Assembly: GCA_028023455.1 (NCBI GenBank)
Contig: JAQFVV010000004.1
Span: forward strand, 25,544,001 to 25,608,000
Length of the DNA: 64,000 nucleotides
DNA from: Epiperipatus broadwayi
Lineage: Eukaryota; Animalia; Onychophora
Direction: 5' to 3'
Part shown: positions 26,640 to 38,949 of the stretch, in pieces
How positions within the stretch are numbered: the stretch's first letter is position 1
Layout: each line of letters begins with the position of its first letter
The notes under the pieces: model-generated
The model's input: the letters and a program-made list of their open reading frames with translations, nothing else
Database searches by the model: none
What the model was told of the DNA's origin: nothing
Translations under genes and position numbers: made by a program

Positions 26640-26830
26640 AAAGGAAAAACAAGACTGGCAATATAAATCAATTTTTCTGGTAGCTTGCTCAGGACACATA
26701 CTTTCCCCTTCTATTATTAAAACCATCTGCACACAGAGAGATAATCATAAGAGAAAGTTCAAGGAGACATGAATTAGTACTAGATAACTGAATTCAATCT
26801 ACAGGAAGGAATCTTGCATCTGTTTGTTAA
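26640..26830 (+). mobile_element. PLE (lineage C) GIY-YIG C-terminal fragment
   Basis: SGHILSPSIIKTICTQRDNHKRKFKET*IS..NSIYRKEG-like tail. Confidence 0.5.
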
Positions 26831-28296
26831 AACAATGGAACATCTGACTTTTAATTTACATTTCTTGTTGCAATAATTTGCATATTTTATAAACTATATA
26901 TTCAATCTTCTCCCAATGTTGTTAGTTAATTAATTTTGAATTATGATTCTGGCAAAAAATCACCAAAATTAATTCAGTGTTTTCGTTGTTGCTTGACTCA
27001 GCTCAGGTTTTTGGAGTATTTCATTAGGATATGAAAAGAGTATAAAGTTAAATAATTATATTACTTTTAAGTTGAAAATCTATTTCTCTTACTTTAGTTT
27101 TCCACATAATAATGAGTAATAATGCTTAATAAATCTTAATGCACCACTATAAGTATTCATCTATTGATTAGTCAAGTTTAAGTTAGGTAGCAAAACTGGT
27201 TTAGAAGAACTATATTTAAAATTATCACAATATTCACAGAAACAGATTCAGAGGAACCACAATCATCAGTTGTGTCTAATTTCAATATCACTAACAACTA
27301 TTCATGATAGAAATGAAACAAAATAGGCAAATCTTGGGTAGTGATTGTAATAATAGGTGTTTATGAAAGTTTTCAGGAAAAAAATATCTTCTCCCTAAAA
27401 AAAGAAAGAAATGCATAACAATATGGAAGTCTCATAACATGACATGAGAGAAAAAAAAGTTTTATTTGTTTATTAACAGAAACTCACTTATATCCATTTA
27501 TAGTTGGATTACAATGCTAACTCTTATAAAGATGCCTGAACTGAGAAAAAAAGTCCAGCTACTCATGAGATCTGTGAAAAATGATGTGAATATTTACAGT
27601 GTGTGGAGAATGTACTACAATATGAAAATACCTCTGCCATAGACTAATAATCAATAAAAAGAAGAAAAGAATTAAAGTGCAATTGATCCCATGCCAGACC
27701 TACTGAAAAATCTTGCCTGGATAATATATCCAGAGACTGTATACATAACCATAAACAATAAACTGTTTCATTTTATCTTAAAGCTGAGTGTTCAAATCAT
27801 CCTAAAAAAACTACAAATAATTAAGGCGAAATCTGCAAAATAAATTAACTGACACACCAAAGAAAACCAAGTAAAAATATTTACAAACTAAATATTGAAA
27901 TAATATGAATCTTCATGTGAAATTCATTTGTTTAATATTTCTATATAATGTTTATGTGGGTAAAAAAATTATATCACTATTAATAATATTAAAAGAAGAA
28001 ATAACAGACTGAATCACAAAACATAAATCTTTAATAGTTTTTAAATTTCTTAGTCCTCTACATACCAGGGATATACAATTAATCTATACTACTAAAGCAT
28101 TTTATATATTCATCATTATCAGATATTTCCTGCTATGGATTACTGCTTCCCATAGGCATTAATAATTTATATGTTTTGGTGTCATTAACATGCATTCATC
28201 TGAGGATATCAAAATAAAAGTGACTTCAAATGGAAAAATAAAATAAAATTCAAATAAAAGGGCATGGATAAGCAGATCCATATATATAAAGTAATA

Positions 28297-28380
28297 TTAT
28301 AGCCAGTCACAGTTTGACACAGTTGATAGAGTGTCCAATTTGGGATTGGGAGATCACAAGATTGATTCTGGTTCTCACAA
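28297..28380 (+). mobile_element. Decayed tRNA-derived SINE head
   Basis: ACAGTTGATAGAGTG...GGGAGATCACAAGATTGATTCT resembles the A-box/D-arm and T-arm/B-box with CpG decay. Confidence 0.35.
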
Positions 28381-28944
28381 ATCTGGGACTCAATCTTCTT
28401 ATGCACTCTCAAGAAGCAAAGCAATTAGGCTTCTTTTTTATAATCATTAACATAGGCAAAGGGATAAGTCAACAATTGTCTTTTTTATTAAATATTGTTA
28501 ATAATAATGCTATAAACAAGATTGATAATACTAAAAATATCTGAGTGTGTATAAATATATTTATTATCACACAAATGAGAATCATATGTGGACTAGACTA
28601 AATTAAAATAGATTAATGAAAAACTTAACGGTTAATAACTTTTATATTATGGACATAAATAGAAAAAATATAGAAGTTAAAAATAAAAATTATCATCACC
28701 TATATAAAGAATATTATAGATGTGATTGTAACTTAATTAAATTTAAAGACTGTTTTAGAGTGTAATCAAATGTAACAATATTTAACCTAATAAAAATGAT
28801 AATAATTTAGACATATATTAAATGGATATTATTGAGAATGAGCATTTGCTAAAAATACAGGTTGATTTAATGTATATAATAAACAGTGAACCTTTCCAAC
28901 CAAAGTAATAAGCAAATAAACTTATTACACAGGCAAAACTCTCC

Positions 28945-29050
28945 ATACAGTAGTGCCACTCAGTGCCAGCCAGAGTAATCAATGGATGCCAGAAGACTTG
29001 TGCATAAAATCCCCATCTAGTGCCTACTCATCCAATATCCCCAAACTAAG
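28945..29050 (+). repeat. ~110-bp dispersed repeat, second copy at 58752-58860
   Basis: CATACAGT..GTGCCAC..AGTGC.AGCCAGAGTAATCAATGGATG.CAGA..CTTGTGCATAAAAT.CCCATCT.GTGCCTAC.CATCCAAT.TCCCCAAACTA is shared. Confidence 0.8.
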
Positions 29051-29289
29051 TGTGTGTTTAAATTTTCATGTTATACTCATAGCTAATGTTGAAATAATAT
29101 TAAACACATAAAATTGCAATATGACTTGATTGAATACTACATGAGCACTGAATGAAGTCAGAACTTAAATTAGAAATGAATCCTATTATTTTTGTTTTTT
29201 GTTTCCAGTTATCCCTATCCTCATACATCATTGCAAACAAATATTTATAATTATTACTATTAAAAAAATTTACCAAATATAATTAATAA

Positions 29290-31200
29290 AAGAAGGTATC
29301 TGTGTTTAAAATTACTTAGGATAAATATTATAGATTTTAGTAATTGATTGAGCTATTTTCTTTTTATATAAACCTATTCATGGAACAAATAATTCCAAAT
29401 ACATTTCTAAGGTAGTCAAAAGCTAGTCCCCAAATAATCATTTTAATGAACTTGTAAATAATAACCATCTTTTGTTTATTTATTTTGTCAGATAAAAGAT
29501 TATCACTTTTATCTCACCTTCTATGTACTATATATTTATAAATGCTTGTTAAAATCATTAGAATTTTGTCTAAATTAAGCATTAATACCATAAGTTAATT
29601 TGATTAATATAAAACCAAAATTGCCTCTAATAAAAAAATTCAGCTTTTTGGAGTATCAATGCTTTTCTTATTAATATATAACAGGGATGGGCAAGACGTC
29701 AACCCTGATCAACCAGTCAACCACAAGGTCTCTGGAAATCAGCCACATAATTTATTTTTTTTGGTAAAATTTGCATCTAATTTATTTTACTACAGTTCTA
29801 AAATAATATTTTTTTTTCTCTATATTTTCTTGGATTTTTTTTTTAAATTAAGGACCAGCTCTAGAAAATAATTATTTATAAGTAATTTAAAATTTGAAAT
29901 ACAGGCACTCTTCACATACCTGGAGCTTAATTGTAAATATAGGGGATTTAAACTCAGACTTTCAAGCACCCTTCAACTATCTACACTATCTCATACAACT
30001 GATACACATGACCACACACATGTAGAAAAGATAAATAATCACCAATATACTATTTTGTGCTAAACTAGCCCTCATCAGTTGGTCCAGGTTATCATCTCTC
30101 ATATATATAATCAGTGCTCAGTTTATATTAAGATAGCAAATCTTCATACTTTAGCAAATCTTCATACTTTAATTAACAGGCTTCAATCTACTCCAACCTC
30201 CAACTCTTCTGCCATCCATACCATTGAAAATCTGATGATGGAAAGCCCAAATCCAGTATTGATGCCAATATTATTGCCATGTCCATTTTGACCTAAAGTC
30301 ACTCTGACTCCTTATCCATTTAAATACAAAGAAGAGGGATGGACAAAATGCAAGCTTAATTTGTAAATATTTGAAATACAGACACTCTTCACATAGCTTG
30401 GGATTAATTTAAATTCAGACTTTCAAGCACCCTTCAACTATCCACATTAGATGGTTGAAGAGTTGGAGTAGATTGAAGCCTGTATGAGTGTGGTTATGTT
30501 GATTAGTTGTATGAGATAGTATGGATAATTGAAGGGTGCTTGAAAGTCTGAGTTCAAATCCCCTATATTTGTACTTTAAAATTGTAATTTAATAAATATT
30601 TTATAAAGCAACATGGAAAAATTGTAATACTTGGGGGAGCTGAGATAATTTAATAGTAGTCATAGTAAAATAGCTTCCGGACGACATTCGTATCTTCTAG
30701 AAAAAAAATTAATCAGTTTGTAATATCTTCTAAAAATGTCACCAATATTTGTGAGTACTTAAAAAGCCATTATAAAAAAAACCCACCAATTCATAAGTAC
30801 ACTCTAAAAAAAAAAAAAAACAGAACTTTGAACCATTCTTTTCTTCCATTCCAGTGAAAATAATGTTTTTTCTGGTTCAAGGTCCTGAAAAAAAATGTAG
30901 TCACCCTCCAGTACACTTTCACGAAAAAAACTCACTCCCTGTGTCTAAAAGTTCAGCCAGGCCTGATACATAATAATCTGAAGGTTAGATAAAAATTATC
31001 ATCTTTTATCTGATAAAATAGATTAGAGCAGGTGAGCATTATCTACAAGTTCATTATGTGATTCTTTGGAGATCACTTTTGCAAATTATCTTAGTAACAT
31101 ACTAGGATTTGTTTATTTTATGAATAGGTTTATATTTTTAGAATTACAAATTTGATAAATTATATACGTGCTGATTAAAATTATTGGAATTACTTTTTAT
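29290..31200. repeat. Old inverted repeat (29290-29525 versus 30980-31200) around ~1.45 kb
   Basis: ATAAACCTATTCAT..AATGAACTTGTA.ATAAT..TATTTT.TCAGATAAAAGAT.AT..TTTTATCT.ACCTTC matches in reverse complement. Confidence 0.65.
29890..30575. repeat. Cluster of a ~400-bp dispersed non-coding repeat (one copy, one partial, one inverted partial); further copies 60420-60760 and 61380-61460
   Basis: Shared TCAGACTTTCAAGCACCCTTCAACTATC and GGCTTCAATC.ACTCCA..CTCCAACTCTT segments; 30416-30445 and 30522-30551 form a hairpin. Confidence 0.8.
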
Positions 31201-31352
31201 ACACATGTTTAAATAAAATTAATAATTTAATATTTGATTAACCATGATATGCTATTGGTGACAAGCAAGGGTTGTCCTTGCCATGCTACCAATAGCCAGT
31301 TAATGACAGTTTTTGTATTTTCATTTCTACTTATGAGTAAATGGATAAACAT

Positions 31353-32404
31353 TGAGTAAACTGCCCTCTTCGAAAAGTAAAGGTAAACTGTTCTCTTCGA
31401 AAAGTAAAGGTAAACTGCTCTCTTCGAAAAGTAAAGGCAAACTGCTCTCTTTGAAAAGTAAAGGTAAACTGCCCTCTCGCAACTTCAGAACAGATATCCC
31501 ACCTCAATACAATCTCAATTCGGGTATCCCCTCCACAACATAAAAATTAATTAAAAATCTTATTGAATTGGTTTTAGTTTTACTAATTGGTTTAGCCGAT
31601 TCATAAAACATTCCAATATAATCGCCCAAGTGATCTCAAAAATTTCATTTCCAATTAGTTTTATTTATATCCATTCAGATCTCAATATCTCTGATGACAA
31701 TTTTAATAAATGATAAACATCTTTTTACTTTCTTATTAGTTTCAATATCACAATCGAAGTTTTTTTTGTTTTAACAAAAAATTGTTTTACATAACTTGAA
31801 CATTCCTCTCTCCATGCATTATCGCAAGTTTAATTAAACTCTTTTGTCTAGTTTAAATTATTTTAGAGTGGACAGGAAACCAGAATGCCTTTAGGTGTTT
31901 TCTAAATTTGAGACAATGACCCCCCTCCCTTGCTTAAATGCAACTGAAGAGAAAAATATCCATTACAACTCTGATTTTGAAATTCTTTCTAAATACTTTT
32001 AAATAATAGTATGTTAAATTCTCCCTTTTACATTGATTGTAAGCACTCACAAAAAAATAAATAAATACGTACTGACAAATTGTAAATAAACGTGTTAGCA
32101 TTTTTTTAACAAACAAAACAAAAATCTTCAAAATTATAATTACATTTTGGAGTTTCTTTCTCTTTAAAAAAAAAAAAAAAAAATCAAATTATAAATTCAC
32201 ATTTCTAAGCCTTTAAATATCGGCTTTAAACATATGTGTGTGTGAGTTTATATTATCGCCACAGTTCTCTCTCTCTCAATTTATAATGAATATTGATTGT
32301 ATAAATTGTATAACCCCCCCTCTTTAATGGCTATTTAAATATTTTAGACCATTTATTCATTTAACCTTAGCTTGTGCTTGGCCACATCAAACTTGCCTGG
32401 CACA
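31353..32404 (-). repeat. 3' LTR (left copy)
   Basis: High identity (about 95% by eye) to 36000-37183; ends ...CCTGGCACA next to the PPT. Confidence 0.85.
31356..31477. repeat. 27-bp minisatellite, 4 full units plus a partial
   Basis: Unit GTAAACTGCYCTCTTCGAAAAGTAAAG. Confidence 0.95.
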
Positions 32405-33182
32405 ATACTCCCCTCCAACATGAGATGTTTAAATGGAGTTTATCATTTAATGTCTTTCTTATTAATCATATTTTCCAAAAACTTAACATTTTATACTATG
32501 GACTTTTAGTGAACAGAAGGCATGATGTCCAGAACCCAGAGGTATGGATTCCCATCTCCCAACCATTTATGTGCACAAGCCAAGTCTGCGTTGATCTCTC
32601 CAGGCCAGAAACACTAAGAAGCACAGAATCACAGCATAAAGATCTCAGTCATATCTAGAGCTCTGCGACATCCAGGCAAAGTAGAATGTGAGAGTGAAGA
32701 ACTCGTCCCAGAGGAAATTTTCATCTCTGCCATCCACTGCACTCAATGCTCATTCCTTATTGAGGCTTACAGAGTCTTTTACAGTGGAATTAAACCCAGA
32801 GGAATTTTCATCTCTGCCTACTCTGCCACAGTGTCACAGAACTTCCAGACCATGCCAAGACCTCTAACCCTTCCTCTGCACTCTCACCAACTCTAACCGC
32901 AGGGCATAGAAAGCACAGACTGACCTACACACACAACACTCAGAAAAACAAAGTCCACACATCCGACCCTCAAATGACATGACCATTTATTATAAAAGCC
33001 TACTTGCTATCTTTACTACACCCAGGCTAAGGCGAAAGTGATCTAGCCCCATTTCCCTTTCCTTTATATACCAGTTCATCGATTTTATTTTCCACAGTAT
33101 CATTGTCCATCGTTCGCTTAAGATTTCTGGAATACTTATCATTATACCAAGGGTTGCATTCAGCTGTATATTTGTTTTCCCC

Positions 33183-34072
33183 TCAGCCCATGGCATTGAG
33201 GCCAAAATTTTCATGGGTTCTATCTGGTGGACAGCCCTGCTGGCTCATATCTACCACACTCAGTAGTTCAGCCACTGATTCTATCGAATTTGTATTGGCA
33301 GTGAGAAGCATTTTCTCAATTCTAAAGGGTAGGTTGTGGCATATTATCCTTATGATCTGGCCTTCCGATGTGTGACATGCACTGAGAGTCCTTACCTTAG
33401 CCACTTGTTTTCAGAAAAATTTTAGATAGCTCTCACCCCCATTGGCCCTATACTTCTCTTGCATTATGGTCTCCTGGTGCTCGTTGCTCCATAAATTTCT
33501 TACTAGCACTTCTTTATAACCCTCAAAGGTTGGTGTTTGGTAGAACGAAGATTCCCACCATGACTGAACATCACCCTGTAGGTGGTTACTTGCGATGGTT
33601 AGTTTATTTTTCTCTACCATTCTGTTAGCACTGAAATACTTTTCCAAGTATTTATATGCTCCAATGGAGATTCTCCAGCTTGCCTCTCAAAAATTCTAAT
33701 CTTTAAAAGCTGGTTGATGTTAGATTGATATAACTGACATCCCTCTACTATCTTAGTCTCTCCAATTTCTTGCTGCATAGGTCTTACTTTTCCATCCTCC
33801 CCACTATCCAGTTTCTGATTTACTTTTGATAACTCACTACTATCCTCATACCCTTCAACTATTTTCATCCATGTTATATTATCCCCTGTCATTATTTTCT
33901 TTCTAGCTATATTTATATCCTCCACCCTTTGTTCCATTATCATATTGATATCTTGTTTTTCTATCAACTGTTTTTTGATTTGAGCTACTATCTGGCACAG
34001 ATTCTCTATTCGCTCATCATTCTCAGTTATGCGCATTTCTAGCTTCTCTATTCCATTACTATAATCTTTCAT
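33183..34072 (-). pseudogene. Gypsy-type gag (coiled-coil N-term plus Ty3/Arc-like capsid), one frameshift and one stop
   Basis: KIRIFERQAGESPLEHI / YLEKYFSANRMVEKNKLTIASNHLQGDVQSWWES..FEGYKEVLVRNLWS..Q..KYRANGGESYLKFF*KQVAKVRTL..SEGQIIRIICHNLP. Confidence 0.75.
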
Positions 34073-35994
34073 TGTTTCTTCAACCCTTTCATCTATTTCT
34101 TGTATTCACTTGCAATCTGTTTCCATTACTTGCTACCTTGTTTTTATACAATATGTAGTTTACGCTTGTATCCTATCATTTATTTATTTCCACTACATCT
34201 ATCTAACCTCTTAATTTATTATAAACATTAATATATGATAAAACAATCTAAATCAATATTACTGTAGTGACAAAAGGTCGCTTCAAAAACCAAATAAAGT
34301 TTGAAATTCTTATTTATTAAGCTTCGTAATTGTAAACTCTTTTCTCTTTTCCCCCTTTTTCAAATCTTGCCTCTATATTATAAAAAATTATTCCCAATAC
34401 TTTTGGAATTTTGCGAGATTTTCACTTTTCTTTAGTTATGTTTAGTAGCCATGTTTTTCCTATACTGGCCATGGTAAATAAGGCACAACATGTTATATGC
34501 CAAAATTTTGTTCTGTACCGGTTAATGTTTACTTCGTTAATATGAGCTTGCACATAAATCGAACATGACAAGAAATATGGCGACATGCCAGAGTAAGAAG
34601 AAATTCAAAGACTTTACCGTAATAGTGCTACAGACACAGAAGATGCTTATAGAAAGATTGATTCTTACACATTTTTGGGGGATGACTGTAAACCAATCCC
34701 TCGCACCACTCTCAGAAGGAAATTTAACTCTCCTCCTGAAAGGATATGCAAGTTCAAATAACATTAGGGCATATGTGCTGATAAATAATTATTCATACAC
34801 AAAATAATAAATAAGTATTCTCGTGAAAATAAAGATTTAGGAATCAGTAAGAAGGTATCCCATTTGCTAGCTCAGCATACTCTTATACTCAGTTAAAAGA
34901 ATGGGGATCGGAAAACTCGCATAACTAATTAATATGGGGGTTAGAGAAAGTAAATAATAAAATATATATATATGGCAGTAGTCACTTTAGAATTATAATA
35001 TCTTTTATTAACCCAATATCCCCTACCATTTATAACATAAATATAAAATCAAAGTTCCCAAATTGAATAAATATATAACGAAAATCATAAAATACATAAA
35101 TCATTTTTATAAAACGAATTATAAGCATATGGAAATACTTGTCAAAATAATTGTTAAACTAAATAAAGAAAATTTCTTTCTTAATAATAAAAGTATATTA
35201 AATAATTAATATGGGAGAGATAGTGCTCTGTGGATTATAAATCCACACATGTGTATTAAGCAAATAAGGAAAAATTAATGTTACATGCAAGGTGTATTCA
35301 TTTGTGTATTTACATAAACGTATTTATGAAGTGAGTATTAACTTGTTATAAAATAAACACACACATACAAAAAAAATATTATACCCGACAAAGTTTTTAG
35401 GCTTGTTCTTCTATGGGTTTGTGTGGGCAGTCTATCTGTTCATCGACTGCAACAAGGGCTGGATTTGACGGTGGTACAAGTTTGTAGAATTAGTCATCAT
35501 CACTTTGGTGTTTGGTGATCTTGGCTTTTACATTATGTTGGGATAGCAGGAGCAAAGCTCGATGGACGTGCTGAAGTGGGCTTCTACTCCATAATCATTT
35601 TGTATACAGGTGAATGCTTGATTGGCATCTTTAAGCTGGAGAGATGGATATTAAACAGGATATTAAACACTATATTTTGCCCTTTCTTGTTTTATGAATC
35701 CTAAGTTAACTGCAGGCTTCGATGGCATGTTGTAATCAAGCTTCCATCAGAATCAACTGACTGGTTAACTGCTAGATTATTTGAATGATGGCCTGGATTA
35801 ATGTCCGTTGATTTAGAATGACGGAATGAGTATTATTTCTTTTTCTTTTCATTAGAATAAATCTTCTGGCTTATAAGTATCAGAATCAGCATGATTAAAA
35901 AGTTGCATGACTTTGCGTGTTTCCAGAATAGCATTAACTTCCCAAAATTAGAAATAGGCTCCCAATAAGATTTGCCTTTTTAACAGCAAGACAA

Positions 35995-37183
35995 AAGCGA
36001 ACTGTTCTCTTTGAAAAAGCAAAGGTAAACTGCCCTCCTCAAAAAGTAAAGGTAAACTGCTCTCTTCGAATAGTAAAGGTAAACTGCCCTCTTCGAAAAG
36101 TAAAGGTAAACTGTTCTCTTCGAAAAGTAAAGGTAAACTGCCCTCTTCGAAAAGTAAAGGTAAACTGCTCTCTTCGAAAAGTAAAGGTAAACTGCTCTCT
36201 TCAAAAAGTAAAGGTAAACTGCTCTCTTTGAAAAGTAAAGGTAAACTGCCCTCTCACAACTTCAGAACAGATATCCCACCTCAATACAATCTCAATTCGG
36301 GTATCCCCTCCATGACACAAAAATTAATTAAGAATCTTATTGAATTGGTTTTAGTTTTACTAATTGGTTTAGCCAATTCATAAAACATTCCAATGTAATC
36401 ACCCAAGTGATCTCAAAAATTTCATTTCCAATTAGTTTTATTTATATCCATTCAGATCTCAATATCTCTGATGACAATTTTAATAAATGATAAACATCTT
36501 CTTACTTTCTTATTAGTTTCAATATCACAATCGAAGTTTTTTTTGTTTTAACAAAAAATTGTTTTACATAACTTGAACATTCCTCTCTCCACACATTATT
36601 GCAAGTTTAATTAAACTCTTTTGTCCAGTTAAAATTATTTTAGAGTGGACAGGAAACCAGAATGCCTTTAGGTGTTTTCTAAATTTGAGACAATGACCCC
36701 CCTCCCTTGCTTAAATGCAACTGAAGAGAAAAATATCCATTACAACTCTGATTTTGAAATTATTTCTAAATACTTTTAAATAATAGTATGTTAAATTCTC
36801 CCTTTTACATTGATTGTAAGCACTCACAAAAAAATAAATAAATACGTACTGACAAATTGTAAATAAACGTGTTAGCATTTCTTTAACAAACAAAACAAAA
36901 ATCTTCAAAATTATAACTACATTTTGGAGTTCCTTTTTCTTTAAAGAAAAATAATAAAATAAACAAAAATCAAATTATAAATTCACATTTCTAAGCCTTT
37001 AAATATCGGCTTTAAACATATGTGTGTGTGAGTTTATATTATCGCCACAGTTCTCTCTCTCAATTTATAACGAATATTGATTATATAAATTGTATACCCC
37101 GCCCTCTTTAATGGTTCTTTAAATATTTTAGACCATTTATTCATTTAACCTTATCTTGTGCTTGGCCACATCAAACATGCCTG
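35995..37183 (-). repeat. 5' LTR (right copy); outer ~5 bp missing, inner boundary uncertain
   Basis: Homology to the left LTR stops at GCCTG (37183), just before a C-rich tract. Confidence 0.8.
35997..36255. repeat. 27-bp minisatellite, 9 full units plus a partial
   Basis: Same unit as 31356-31477; innermost units more diverged. Confidence 0.95.
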
Positions 37184-37557
37184 TTTCCTTTTCCCCCTTC
37201 CCTCCTCCCCCCCTCCCACCCACCATTAATAATAAAATATTAAATAAAAAAATTATTTATATATTTAAAATTTAAAATACTTAAAAAAATATCTTTTTAT
37301 TTTCTCTCTATTCCCAAACCCAAAAAAGTTAAAAATTTTTCCTTCTTCACAAAAACCATCCAATAGAAAGAAAAAACATTAAATAATCAATTTATTTTAA
37401 AATTTAATTAATTATTTATTCTTTTTAATTTGTAATCAATTTTTATTTTTAATAAAATTTTTATTGAAATGAACATGCCCTGCACAATATAATGCTTAAA
37501 AATCCTTGACTATCATAAAGACTGCAGTAGCAAAAATTTTATGATTTAATTTTAATT

Positions 37558-38095
37558 CATCATCATCAACCATTATCAATGCACTGCAGGATGAAGGTCT
37601 CTTCAAGTTCAACCCATCTTTTCCGATCTTTTGCGTCTCTTCTCCACATCACCCCTGCACACTTTCTTATTTCATCCATCCATTTCACATCTGGTTTCTT
37701 TCTGGGCCTTTTACCATCTCTTGGAATTCAGTTTAAGATTTTAATTGTCCATCTATTATCATTTCTTCTAGCAATATTACTTTTTTCATTGAGGTCAGTA
37801 ACACATGTTTGTTCTCTTACCTATATTGCATTTTTGATCTCTTCTTGTTACTCCCAACATGCATCTCTCCATACTTCCTTGAGTGGTCTGAAGTCTCCGT
37901 ATTGCTCTTCTATTAAGTGTTCAAGTCTCAGATCCATAAGTAAGAATTGCTAAAACACATTTATTAAAAACCTTCCTTTTCAAATCCATAGGCATATTTC
38001 CTTTTAGTATCAAGTTATTTCTACCAAAAGCCCTCCAAACAAGTTTAATCTTATGATTAATTTCAGCCATTTTGTTTCCATCTATATTAATTCTA
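37558..38095 (-). mobile_element. RTE-clade LINE 3' fragment
   Basis: KVFNKCVLAILTYGSETWTLNRRAIRRLQTTQ..., IPRDGKRPRKKPDVKWMDEIRKCAG..ETFILQCIDNG, (GAT)n tail. Confidence 0.88.
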
Positions 38096-38949
38096 ATTAA
38101 GTCAATGTAAATTAAATATTGTTAAATGGTTGATATGCAATGTCAAACTATCATTATGGTTGATCAAGTTTTGCTGAATCATTCTTTGGTCCGCTAATAT
38201 AATTAATTTTTTGACAGAATGCACTTCTAATCAGAAACATAATTACACATTTTAGTATTTTTGAGATAAACAATTCAAAATTTTGATAAAATTGCTTAGA
38301 CTTAAGTATTTTAAAAATTCAGATATTGCAATTGCATTATGCTAATTTTTATCTATATTAACTTTTAATCACTAAAATTGTGATTTAATGAGATATCCAT
38401 TTTATTTGCTTATTTAAATGAATAAAGTTTTTTAGTTTAATGAAGTAAAATTGAAAATCACTCAGATCCTGTTGAGATAACTAGATAAATTTTAATGGTA
38501 TTTATGTATTATTCTGGTCAATGAAATTTTAGTTTTCATTAAAATCGTTATAATTATCTATGATTGCTAAATATTTGATAGTATGTTTAATTTAATTAAT
38601 AAAGTGAATTTAACTTGAGAAGCTAAGTTGTTGAAGATCTCTAGTGTATTTTTACTACAAATTCTGTATTAACTTTTAACTAGTACTGACTTACTTATGC
38701 TTTAAAGATGGATATCAAAATTTTACCATGTAAATAAATTGATATTAGTACAGAAAGTGAAGTTGTTATTTACAACTTTATTAAAAACGATTTTTTAAAA
38801 CTTTGAAAGTTAAATTAACTTACTTAATAAAATAAAATATACTACCAAATATTTAACAATCATAAATAATAAAGACTAAAATTTAACTATCTGGATTAAT
38901 ACTAATCATTTTAATATATAGTTGAGTTATATTAGCTTTAAATTGTTGA

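Larger units (their letters stand above)
31353..37183 (-). mobile_element. Gag-only (pol-less) LTR retroelement, Ty3/Gypsy-derived
   Basis: Direct repeats 31353-32404 and ~35995-37183; on the minus strand the PPT GGAGGGGAGTAT (32405-32416) directly precedes LTR start TGTGCCAGG; capsid-like gag inside; no RT/RNH/IN core motifs found. Confidence 0.8.

Noticed and set aside
31356-36255. 27-bp repeat arrays as CRISPR arrays or repeat-protein genes (ORFs 31352-31543, 35980-36204)
   Set aside because: Units are contiguous with no spacers and there are no cas genes; the ORFs arise because 27 is a multiple of 3.
31934-36908. Duplicated 65-aa ORFs at 31934-32131 and 36711-36908 as a gene pair
   Set aside because: AT-rich, TTG-start ORFs inside the two LTR copies with no protein-like signal.
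37579-37953. Plus-strand ORFs opposite LINEs (37579-37953, 54483-55018, 56756-57145, 43926-44240)
   Set aside because: Antisense shadows of RTE/LINE coding sequence.
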